In this document: piece by piece, positions 7,877 to 16,859 of the stretch
How the letters are laid out: each line of letters begins with the position of its first letter
Numbering within the stretch: position 1 is the stretch's first letter
Source: Armatimonadota bacterium
GTDB taxonomy: Bacteria > Vulcanimicrobiota > JACPDS01 > JBDRKI01
DNA: 25,756 nt
Direction of reading: 5' to 3'
NCBI GenBank assembly: GCA_043814095.1
Contig: JBDRKI010000044.1
Span: 1 to 25,756, forward strand
The notes under the pieces: generated by a model
Seen by the model: only the letters and a program-made list of their open reading frames with translations
Told to the model about the DNA's origin: nothing
Databases searched by the model: none
Position numbers and translations under genes: made by a program

Positions 7877-10800
7877 ATGAAAAAGGCGGTATTTTTTTCC
7901 CCTCCTTTAGATGATTTTTGGACAATACCTTCTTATAATATAAATCTTTTAGCCACAATGGCTTCAAAAACAGCCAATTGTCAGGTTTTTGTTTTTGACG
8001 GTGTCCGTTATTACAATGAAAAATACGGCCCTTTTTCCGTCACGGCGCTTTCACGTGCCGCTAAATTTTTAGATGAAGTAATAAATGAGATTGAAAAGTA
8101 TACCCCCGATATGCTGTTTATGACATCAACCCTGTATTCACTGCCATTTATAAGCGAATTTGCGAAGTCCTATAAAAGACGCAATCCCAAAACAATAATT
8201 ATTTTAGGCGGCATTGCCGCGACGGCGATACCCGGGGAATTGTCAAGAAGAATACCGGCGATAGATCATTTTGTCGCAGGCGAAGCAGAATATCTGATAA
8301 TAGACTTGATCAATAAATTAAGCGGGAAAACGAACAGCTTAACAGAAAAAATAATAACTAACAATCAAGACATAAACCTGGATAAAGTTCCATATGTTGA
8401 CTATGATTATTTAAACAGAACCTTGTCCTGTTTATATATTGAAACAAGCCGCGGATGTCATTATGAATGTAGCTTTTGTTCGGCGAATACCGTTCAAAAA
8501 ACTTACAGAAAAAAAAGCATTTCCAGGGTTATAAACGAAATTATTTTTTATAAATCAAAGTATAGTACTAAAAATTTTACGCTTATTGATAATAATTTTA
8601 CGAATGATAATGTCTGGCTTAGAGAATTCTGTATAGCCTTAATAGAAGAGAAATTAAATATATTTTGGGACTGTTCTTCGCGCATAGATGCTTTAAATAA
8701 AAAAGACCTGTATTTAATGAAAAAGAGCGGCTGTTACAGTATTTTTATCGGACTTGAAAGCATATTTTTAAAAAATTTAAGTTTTTGCCGCAAGAATATG
8801 AAAACCATAGATTTAAACTTAATTAAAGAATGTCAAAAAATGGGTATAAAACCGAAGGTATCTTTGATAACCGGTTTTCCCGGTGATACAGAAGCTCAGA
8901 TCAATAAAATTTTTAATTATGCCAGCCGGCTTGAGAAAGAAGGCGCGGAAGCGCATCTTTCATCTTTAGCCGTTCTGCCGGGTTCCGCATTGTATGAAAA
9001 ATTTAAAAAGGGAAAGATGGAAATATTTTTTTCAGACAAAGGATTAACGGCCAAAAACGAGATTATAAATATGTTTGCAGATAAGTATAAGAAATTCAGC
9101 AATTTTGCACCCTATATGTGGTTTGTGAAAAACAAGAACTTGAAAAACAGCGAACTGGAAAAAATAATAAATAATAATTCAAAAATATTAGCCGGTAAAT
9201 CTAATAAAGAAACAGAAATAAGCGATTTTAGAGCAAATTACAAAATTAACCAGCGCTCTAAAAAGGATTTTTTGGTTATAGTTCCTGCGGCGGCCAAAAT
9301 GGATTACGGAATGACTTATTTTCCGATATATTTTACCACGCGTCTCAGGGCAAAAGGCGTAGAAGCGGTACTGTTTAGCGAGGAATATTTTCCGGGTCAT
9401 GATGAGGATTCGGCAAGGGAAAACGAATGCCTGGATTTTTACGTGAAAACAGTTAACGATTTATGTTCAAAAAATGTTTTGATATATACAATGATATCTA
9501 ATTTTCCTTTCGTAATTGAACTTGTCAAAAAACTTAAAACCGACAGTCCGGGGTTGAAAATAATTTTAATAGGCGAAGTCTATAAATTTTTAAGCGAAAA
9601 AAACCAATATATTCTTAAAAACGCCGATTTTGTAATGGATTCTTTTTCTGAGGAAAGCATTGAGAAACTCGCATATTATCTTAAAGGCGGTCATAAAAAA
9701 ATACAAAAAACAGGAATAAAGCCGTTCTTATTTCGCGGCTTTGCTGATTATGACGCGATACTTAATTATAATAATTTTAAAAAGGGAATTGTGGAGATCA
9801 ATAACGGCTGCGGTCATAATTGCAGGTTTTGTGCCAGAACCGATAAAAAAGTTTATTTAAAAGATCCCGCCTTCGCCGTTGAATATCTTAAGTATATGAA
9901 AAAGCGTTTTTCGCTGGAGGAATTTATTTTTTCCGACAGTTCTATATCGGCAGATTATAACTGGCTGAAAAAATTCTGTTCCCTCCTGATTAAAGAAAAG
10001 CTGGATATACGCTGGAACGCGCTTTCAAGGGCGGATACGGTTGACAATTATTTGCTCGGGTTGATGAAACAGGCGGGATGCTATCTTATAAGTTTTGGCT
10101 TGGAAAGCGCAAATGAGTCTTCGCTTAAATTTTTGGGAAAAGCCAGGAATATAAAAGAATATATGGAAAAAAGTTACAGGAATATAGAACTATCCCTCAA
10201 AAATAATATTTCCGTTCATGCTTCGCTAATTACCGGCCTGCCTGTTGAGACCGAAAAAGAAATTAAAAATACCGCTAAATTAGCCGGAAAATTAAATGAT
10301 CTCGGCGTGGTTGTCAAGCTGGAACTTCTTTCGGTAGCGGCGGGAAGCGCTTTGTGGCATTATTGGAAGTGTGGTAAAATTCAACTGGTTGAGATTAAAA
10401 ATGAGAATTTGAAAAAATGGGTAAGAAGGGTTAACTGTTCCCCTCTTTTTTTCCTTGACAGGTACTCTGATTGTCCGGATATCGCGCCTTTTAGCTGGAG
10501 AATAAAAAATGAATATATTCCGGATGATTATTTAGAAAATTTATTATATGAAGAATTCCGCGCTTTTGCTCCCAATAAAGGGCGCAGTAAATTAATGTAC
10601 AGGAGAACGGAAGCATCCCCGGACGGACGGTTTAAGGTTATGGAAAACCTGGATTTTTTTGTAAAAGAAATACGCGTTAACGCGGCGCCCAGAAGCGTCA
10701 AGGGATCAGCCGGCGAAATGGACTGTTCTTTATTTGTGGACAGAAAAAAAGCGCAGGATTTTAAAATTAATAACGATATTAAATTTACAAATACCGTAAT

Positions 10801-10921
10801 CGTTTTAAAATCAGTGCTGGATCCAGGCAGATATAAAGTTTCGGTTGTTTCAAAATCCGGAGACAATAATTTATTTGTGCGTTTTGTCGATTTTGCCGGC
10901 GAACAGTATATATGCGTTTGA
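7877..10921 (+). CDS. Tandem two-module cobalamin-binding-type (class B-like) radical SAM protein
   Basis: Two CxxxCxxC motifs: ETSRGCHYECSFC (Cys codons 8456-8479) and EINNGCGHNCRFC (9809-9832). Each is preceded by a B12-binding-like domain (IILGGIAAT...DHFVAGEAE; more degenerate in module 2) and followed by SR(I/A)D, GCY.I..GLES and SLITG.P.(D/E)T motifs. Confidence 0.88.
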   Translation: MKKAVFFSPPLDDFWTIPSYNINLLATMASKTANCQVFVFDGVRYYNEKYGPFSVTALSRAAKFLDEVINEIEKYTPDMLFMTSTLYSLPFISEFAKSYKRRNPKTIIILGGIAATAIPGELSRRIPAIDHFVAGEAEYLIIDLINKLSGKTNSLTEKIITNNQDINLDKVPYVDYDYLNRTLSCLYIETSRGCHYECSFCSANTVQKTYRKKSISRVINEIIFYKSKYSTKNFTLIDNNFTNDNVWLREFCIALIEEKLNIFWDCSSRIDALNKKDLYLMKKSGCYSIFIGLESIFLKNLSFCRKNMKTIDLNLIKECQKMGIKPKVSLITGFPGDTEAQINKIFNYASRLEKEGAEAHLSSLAVLPGSALYEKFKKGKMEIFFSDKGLTAKNEIINMFADKYKKFSNFAPYMWFVKNKNLKNSELEKIINNNSKILAGKSNKETEISDFRANYKINQRSKKDFLVIVPAAAKMDYGMTYFPIYFTTRLRAKGVEAVLFSEEYFPGHDEDSARENECLDFYVKTVNDLCSKNVLIYTMISNFPFVIELVKKLKTDSPGLKIILIGEVYKFLSEKNQYILKNADFVMDSFSEESIEKLAYYLKGGHKKIQKTGIKPFLFRGFADYDAILNYNNFKKGIVEINNGCGHNCRFCARTDKKVYLKDPAFAVEYLKYMKKRFSLEEFIFSDSSISADYNWLKKFCSLLIKEKLDIRWNALSRADTVDNYLLGLMKQAGCYLISFGLESANESSLKFLGKARNIKEYMEKSYRNIELSLKNNISVHASLITGLPVETEKEIKNTAKLAGKLNDLGVVVKLELLSVAAGSALWHYWKCGKIQLVEIKNENLKKWVRRVNCSPLFFLDRYSDCPDIAPFSWRIKNEYIPDDYLENLLYEEFRAFAPNKGRSKLMYRRTEASPDGRFKVMENLDFFVKEIRVNAAPRSVKGSAGEMDCSLFVDRKKAQDFKINNDIKFTNTVIVLKSVLDPGRYKVSVVSKSGDNNLFVRFVDFAGEQYICV

Positions 10922-10939
10922 AAGAAAGGTTGATTTAAA

Positions 10940-11992
10940 ATGAAAACAAAAATAATTACAGTTTTATTTATCTTAATGACCGCGTTTTTAATAAGCCCCT
11001 TATGTGCGGACAGAGACTGGGATGTTGCCATGGACGGCGCCATGAAATTTTTAAATGATCCGCCGCCGTGCAGAGTCAGTTTCAGGATTAATATGTATAA
11101 CGACGAGAAAGATGTAATAGATGCGGTAACTTATTTTAATAGAGAAACTTTATACCGTACGGAAGGTAAAATTTACAGCCGCGGCAGGGTTTATAAAATA
11201 AACGAACTGTCCTCAGAGATGAAAAAATTGAATTATTTTTCCATAGAACCGCAGAGAAAATACCCTTCGCTTAGAGTTAACGGCATGGAATCATCCACTA
11301 ATATAACAGATATGGCGCCCTATCCGGTTGCAGGGCTTATGGAAAAATTTCAACCCGCAAATAAGTCTAAGTCTGAAAAAGTAGCCCGTCAGAGCGTAAG
11401 AAAAACCACATATAACGGCATACCCAGTCTTTATGGCGAGTTTGATAGCAGATACGGCAAAGCGTGCGGATGGGTAAATATGGAAAATTCCTGTCCGCTG
11501 GAATTAAGATTTCCGCTCCCCGGAGGTCAGAATTTCGTGACAATCCAGTACTTAGATTATAAAGAAGTTCCGCCGCGCATGGTTCCTTTCAGGTGCAGGG
11601 GATATATAAATAAGACCCTTTGCTGGGAGGCAAGCATCAGCAATATAGAGATGAATGTTGATATGCCGCTGGATATATTTAACCCCAAGCTGTTTAATAA
11701 GAAAAGTTTGAACAAAATGCTGGAAGAGCACGCCGCTCTTGAAAAAATGAGAGCGGAATATATGGCTAAAAAAGGAGTTAAGCCGGAAGCCAGTCTTTCT
11801 CCGGGGCAAACCGGCCAGGTGCAGCCGGTATCAACGCCTATGCCGTCCCCCGGACGGGTTTCGGCACAGAAGGAAGTTCCAGGAGTTAAAAAGACCCATG
11901 GAAATATCTTATGGAAAATTATTTTTATAATTATTTTCATGATTGGAGTTTCGGCAATTGTCTATTATTATTTAAAAAGAAAAAAAGAATGA
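10940..11992 (+). CDS. Exported membrane-anchored protein, possible LolA-like/lipoprotein-sorting fold
   Basis: Signal peptide MKTKIITVLFILMTAFLISPLCA, a YLDYKEV...MVPFR...ISNIEMNVDMPLDIFNP segment typical of LolA-like domains, a Pro-rich linker, and a C-terminal TM helix with a KRKKE tail. Confidence 0.55.
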   Translation: MKTKIITVLFILMTAFLISPLCADRDWDVAMDGAMKFLNDPPPCRVSFRINMYNDEKDVIDAVTYFNRETLYRTEGKIYSRGRVYKINELSSEMKKLNYFSIEPQRKYPSLRVNGMESSTNITDMAPYPVAGLMEKFQPANKSKSEKVARQSVRKTTYNGIPSLYGEFDSRYGKACGWVNMENSCPLELRFPLPGGQNFVTIQYLDYKEVPPRMVPFRCRGYINKTLCWEASISNIEMNVDMPLDIFNPKLFNKKSLNKMLEEHAALEKMRAEYMAKKGVKPEASLSPGQTGQVQPVSTPMPSPGRVSAQKEVPGVKKTHGNILWKIIFIIIFMIGVSAIVYYYLKRKKE

Positions 11993-12008
11993 TATAAAAA
12001 ATAATATT

Positions 12009-13652
12009 ATGAAAATAACAGTAATAGAACCCTATAATATGCCGTATGCACCGCGGCACAGTTCGTCTCTTATTAATGCGTATATTTATTCTTTTTTAAA
12101 GAAGTATGCCTGCGAATTCAAGTTTATTGACTGCGGCGGAATAATAAATATTAATCCCTTCGATGATAATATATCCGAAAACCAGGTGCGTTGGCTTGAA
12201 GAAGTCGTGTTTTTGGCAGAAAAAGAAAAGCCCGATATAGTACTGTTTAATTACAAAACACTTGCCCTGCCGTTCATAAACGAGGTCTCGCTTATGATAA
12301 AGCAAATTCTTCCGGATGCAGTTACGGTGTTGGGCGGTTCGTCTTTAGAGCTGGCGGAAGAATTAATTGATTTGAATTTTGCCGTTGATTATTTTTTAGT
12401 CGGGGATATTGAATTAACCCTGAAAATTTTTTTAGATGACTTTAAAAATAAATCTTTAGAAAATATTATCTACGGCTGCGGGGAAGTTAAGAATTTAGAT
12501 TCGGTTACTCCAAGCTTTGATTTATACGAAAACAGTAATTTGGAGCTTTTACCGTATGATATAAGCCGCGGGTGTGCGTTTAACTGTGAATTTTGCACTA
12601 AATCCGGAAGCAGGTTCCGGAATAAATCCGTGGGGAAAGTAGTCTGCGACCTAAAAAAATTAAAAGAAAAATATAAAGTTAGGCAGATTGGATTTGTTGA
12701 TGAATTTTTCAATTTTGACCGGAAATACCTGTATGAATTTTGTTCGGAAATCAGGAAAAATACCACGGGTGTTGATTTTGCGTGTAATTGGGTCTTAAAT
12801 GAGCCGATCGATTTTGAGCTAATAAAAGAGCTTAAAGCCGCAGGATTGAAGTGCGTGGCTTTCAGTATAGAAAGTTTCCCTGGACGAGAGTTTTCCAGTG
12901 CGGAATTTTATGACAAACAGTATTTATTTGAATATTTAAAAGAAAGCATCATCAAAATAAAGAAATTAAATATAGCGGTTATGGTAAATATTCTGACTAA
13001 TTCATATAATGACACGAGAGAAAGTTTTGAACTGGTGGATAATTTTATAAAAGACGTGACTCCGCACGCCGAACTTTATATAGGACAGGTTTTACTTTTG
13101 CCTCCAAGCCCCCTGTGGCGATTATATAAAAAAGGGGGGATGAAAATAATACCGCGGGCAAAAAACGATTTTCCGGTTCAGAAAGAACACCCGTTCAGCA
13201 AGAAATACAGAGAAACCGTGATTTTTTCGCCGCAATACTGGATGGTAGATAATAAATATATTTACCCAGATATAAAAAGAATATTAAAATATGAAGATTA
13301 TTTATATATTAAGCAAAGGGAACCGGTGCAGAATAGGTATTCATATATTTTCACGGGAGGAGATTTAAAGGCACGGGTAAAATCCGATAAATATATCAGC
13401 GCCTTGAGAGTTAACGCTGCCCAGCGAAAAGCAGTTATTTATAAAGATTTTTATTTAAAGGTTCAGGAGAAAGTGGATGTATTAATTGACGATGTAAAAA
13501 TGGGCGAATTTTATTTGGATAAAGGGTTGTCATTTGATATTTATGATATCAAACTGGAGCACATGATAGAAGCCGGTAGGCATACAATAGAATTTGCGGC
13601 AAAACAGGATAATGTTTTTGTTGATAAAATGGAATTAATAACGAAAGATTAA
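12009..13652 (+). CDS. Cobalamin-binding-type radical SAM protein
   Basis: VTVLGGSS...DYFLVGDIE N-terminal domain, ISRGCAFNCEFC (Cys codons 12573-12596), GFVDEFFN, FSIES. Confidence 0.85.
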   Translation: MKITVIEPYNMPYAPRHSSSLINAYIYSFLKKYACEFKFIDCGGIININPFDDNISENQVRWLEEVVFLAEKEKPDIVLFNYKTLALPFINEVSLMIKQILPDAVTVLGGSSLELAEELIDLNFAVDYFLVGDIELTLKIFLDDFKNKSLENIIYGCGEVKNLDSVTPSFDLYENSNLELLPYDISRGCAFNCEFCTKSGSRFRNKSVGKVVCDLKKLKEKYKVRQIGFVDEFFNFDRKYLYEFCSEIRKNTTGVDFACNWVLNEPIDFELIKELKAAGLKCVAFSIESFPGREFSSAEFYDKQYLFEYLKESIIKIKKLNIAVMVNILTNSYNDTRESFELVDNFIKDVTPHAELYIGQVLLLPPSPLWRLYKKGGMKIIPRAKNDFPVQKEHPFSKKYRETVIFSPQYWMVDNKYIYPDIKRILKYEDYLYIKQREPVQNRYSYIFTGGDLKARVKSDKYISALRVNAAQRKAVIYKDFYLKVQEKVDVLIDDVKMGEFYLDKGLSFDIYDIKLEHMIEAGRHTIEFAAKQDNVFVDKMELITKD

Positions 13653-13665
13653 AAAGGGTATAGGT

Positions 13666-14940
13666 ATGTATATAAATGAGGTTTTAGAGCTGTCCGCGCC
13701 CGTATTCTGTTTCTTGGAAATAACAAATCTTTGCAACAATAAATGCCCGGGCTGCGGGAATGTTTTTGAACACGGGATTCAAAAACAGCTTTCTCTGGCG
13801 CAATGGGAAAAGGCGATAAACGAGATAAGCGAACAGGTAAGCTCTGTCAGGGTAACGGGCGGTGAAGCTTCTTTAAGAGAAGATTTTTGGGAGATTTTAG
13901 ACCTGCTGGAAAATAAAAATTTATGTTTTTCGGTGTTCAGTAATGGCAGATGGAAAAGTCCTGAAAAATTTCTGGATAAAATAAAAAGCTATAAATATTT
14001 CAAAGGATTTTTAATTTCTCTGCACGGACACAATGCTGAATCTCACGATAAATGGAGCGGCGTGGAGGGAAGCTTTAATGAAACAACCGGCAATTTAAAA
14101 TTGGCCGCCGGTAAAAACATAATATTCAGCACGAACGCGGTTATTTCGCCGTATAATTATAATTTTATTAAGGAAATAACGGATCTGGCTTTTTCTTTGG
14201 GCGCGCGCGGCGCCGTATTTAACCGTTTTTATCAAAGCGGTGAAGAAAGTTTAAAAGCGGTGGTTTCGGAAAAAGAGCTTTTATCCGCGATTTCTTCCAT
14301 AGAAAAATTAAAAAGAAGTAATTATAAAAACTTTATAAATTACGGAAACTGCATCCCTCACTGTTTTTGTCATTCTGCTTCAAACGGATGCACAACGGGA
14401 ACCACCTTCTGCACTATTGATCCTTTTGGCAATATGAGACCCTGTAATCACGCAGAGTATATTGCCGGCAACATATTAGAAAAAGGTTTTTTAAATATAT
14501 GGAAATCCGAAAAAATGAGAATCTGGCGCGGTTATATTCCCGGGGAATGCAAAAAATGCGCCGCTTTCTTAAACTGTCACGGCGGATGCCGTGCTTTAGG
14601 CATGAAATACGGACAAGATCCGCTGATGAAAACCCCGATAGTGAAAACCGAAACGATTGAAGACATTCCGGAAGTTAAAATAAATAAACATACAAAAGTC
14701 CGGTTAAACACAACCAAAATAAGACAGGAAAAATTCGGGTATTTATTAATGAATAATGACAGTTTTTCGGCAGTAAAAAAAGAAGCATATGATTTTTTAG
14801 CGAATCTTAACCGTTTTTCCAGTATTGAAGAAATTTATAAAGAAAAAGGCGAAGAAGCGGTTGCTTTGTTATATAAATTATATAACAGGGGAATAATTGC
14901 GTTTGAAAATTCTCAAGAAAAGACAGAAGTTCCTGCTTAG
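13666..14940 (+). CDS. Radical SAM/SPASM domain protein with C-terminal PqqD/RRE-like domain; candidate peptide maturase
   Basis: LEITNLCNNKCPGC, TGGEA, FSNG, ISLHG. SPASM cysteines GCTTG..FCTIDPFGNMRPC...GNI...CKKC...CHGGCRA. C-terminal IRQEKFGYLLM... segment. Confidence 0.88.
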   Translation: MYINEVLELSAPVFCFLEITNLCNNKCPGCGNVFEHGIQKQLSLAQWEKAINEISEQVSSVRVTGGEASLREDFWEILDLLENKNLCFSVFSNGRWKSPEKFLDKIKSYKYFKGFLISLHGHNAESHDKWSGVEGSFNETTGNLKLAAGKNIIFSTNAVISPYNYNFIKEITDLAFSLGARGAVFNRFYQSGEESLKAVVSEKELLSAISSIEKLKRSNYKNFINYGNCIPHCFCHSASNGCTTGTTFCTIDPFGNMRPCNHAEYIAGNILEKGFLNIWKSEKMRIWRGYIPGECKKCAAFLNCHGGCRALGMKYGQDPLMKTPIVKTETIEDIPEVKINKHTKVRLNTTKIRQEKFGYLLMNNDSFSAVKKEAYDFLANLNRFSSIEEIYKEKGEEAVALLYKLYNRGIIAFENSQEKTEVPA

Positions 14941-16724
14941 TTTATATGATTTTTCTTTATTTTTTCGTATAAAGGCATAAACTCTTCTTTTTCGGGGTCC
15001 GTTGCTTTCGGGATGAAAGTTTTGAACTGCTCATATGCTCCGGCAGTATCTCCCAGCGAATAGTAGATTTTTCCCAGCATAAGGTTAAGCCATGTGTTTT
15101 GCGGATTTTTCATCAGGGCTTTATCCAGATACTGTTTTGACTTTGTATAATCATTCAGGTTTAAATAGGCAAAAGCTATCCCGGTATTGTAATCATAAGA
15201 TGGATTATATCTCATAGCCGTATTTGACCAAAAAATAACATTATTCCAGTTTTTTTGCATCATTGCCAGCAGTATGAGGTTGTCAAAAATATTTTTGTAA
15301 TGCGTGGAATATTTTAATGCTTCCGTAAGGTTTTTTTTCGCCGCTGAGGTTTGTTTGGTTTGTATATAAACATAGCCCAGGCTGTTGTGGATATATTCGT
15401 CTTTTAATCCTGAATTTACCGCTTTTTTAAAATAATCTTCGGCGATTGAATAATTATCATAATAAGCGTTTATTAATCCCATAGCATATAAATAATAAGG
15501 GTTGTCGGGATATTTTTGTGTAAGAAGATTAAACTCAGCCGCTGTTTTCTGTAGCTGGTTTTGACTTTCCATGCAGTTTATGTACATTTTTAATGCGTAA
15601 GAATTATTTTCTTTTGAAAATGCCTGCTTAAACAGATCGGCAGCCTTATTGATATTTTTTTTTGAATATTCGGCCTGGCCGTTGTTGATAAGTCGCTGGT
15701 TTGCAGATATAGAATATTTATGGCTCCCGGGCGCGTCTTTAATTCGGGGCGGATTTAATTTCGGCGAAGCAGATTTTGTTTCTTTTATTTTTTTTATTGT
15801 ATAACTTAAGTTTACATCTATTTTGCTCTTATCTAATTCGGGGTTGCTCAAGTAAAAGGAAAAGGGCACCCTGTTATTCTCCCAGAGAGTTATGTAATTA
15901 TCCCGTATTTCCCCGAAACAGCAGTACCGTGATTCCGGATTAAATCTTCCCAGCGTGGGATCTATGTAAAGCCATCCGTATTCGGGCACATAAGCTTGTG
16001 CCCAGGAATGTGTTTTTGTGAATTTCCCGTCTTTATCGTTATAAAATATTCCCGCTTCGAATTTTGCGGGTATATTTATGCTCCTGCACAAGGCGATTAA
16101 GAGAAGGACTGAATCGGCGCACTGGGCCTTACGGGTATTTAATACTTCCAGCGCGCTTGAACATTTTTTATCTTCTGCGTAAAGAAGTTTTGTTCTCGTA
16201 AAATCGTATAATTTTATAAGCTTGTAATAATCATTGCTCTCATTTTTTGTTATATCAAGAGCTGTTTTCTTGATATTTTCCGAGTTGGTTTCTATGTCCG
16301 GCTCTTCTTTTAAATGCAAGCCGTCTATAGCGGTCTTATTCTGCCGTAGTTCCGGTTTGTTTTCAATATGAAATATTTTAGCATTAAAATTTATTCTTAT
16401 GTTTGCTTCCTTCCCGGGATTAAATTCGTTTATTTTAATAAGATATGCCTTGTTATTATTATGGGGGATGGAAATTGTTTGGTATTTATGATTTATAGAA
16501 AAGTTATAAATTTTCTGGCGGGGGTATATATTCTTTATCTCGGGGACAATACAGAAAAGTTCGGAAGGCGCGTCCGATCCGTTTTTAAAATTAATATTAT
16601 ATGAAATATGGTAAATTGAACAAGTTTTTAAACCTGATCCATTAAGATTATTGCGGCTAAAAATAGAAAAAACGGAACAAAAAACAGCTAAAATTATAAA
16701 TGCCGCTATAAGTATTTTTTTCAT
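14937..16724 (-). CDS. Exported transglutaminase-like cysteine protease domain plus TPR repeats
   Basis: Signal peptide MKKILIAAFIILAVFCSVFS, triad motifs AQCADSVLLLIALCRSINIPA / HSWAQAYVP / GWLYIDPT, and C-terminal TPR-like repeats (YYLYAMGLINA, IHNSLGYVY, LNLMLGKIYYSLGD). Confidence 0.85.
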   Translation of the reverse strand: MKKILIAAFIILAVFCSVFSIFSRNNLNGSGLKTCSIYHISYNINFKNGSDAPSELFCIVPEIKNIYPRQKIYNFSINHKYQTISIPHNNNKAYLIKINEFNPGKEANIRINFNAKIFHIENKPELRQNKTAIDGLHLKEEPDIETNSENIKKTALDITKNESNDYYKLIKLYDFTRTKLLYAEDKKCSSALEVLNTRKAQCADSVLLLIALCRSINIPAKFEAGIFYNDKDGKFTKTHSWAQAYVPEYGWLYIDPTLGRFNPESRYCCFGEIRDNYITLWENNRVPFSFYLSNPELDKSKIDVNLSYTIKKIKETKSASPKLNPPRIKDAPGSHKYSISANQRLINNGQAEYSKKNINKAADLFKQAFSKENNSYALKMYINCMESQNQLQKTAAEFNLLTQKYPDNPYYLYAMGLINAYYDNYSIAEDYFKKAVNSGLKDEYIHNSLGYVYIQTKQTSAAKKNLTEALKYSTHYKNIFDNLILLAMMQKNWNNVIFWSNTAMRYNPSYDYNTGIAFAYLNLNDYTKSKQYLDKALMKNPQNTWLNLMLGKIYYSLGDTAGAYEQFKTFIPKATDPEKEEFMPLYEKIKKNHIN

Positions 16725-16859
16725 AAATAATAACTTTAATTTTACTTTTTAAAATCCTTCAAAAATTCTTAATAGCAGGGATTTATGCTTATTTCTAAAA
16801 GAATATACAGCAAAATAATATTGTATTATAACGATAAGTTAAATGCGGACGGTTGGATT

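Noticed and set aside
13666-14940. Assignment as PqqE, MftC or AhbD
   Set aside because: No pqq or mft partner genes or precursor, and the heme-pathway gene at the window edge is in a separate, divergent unit. The generic SPASM maturase call is safer.
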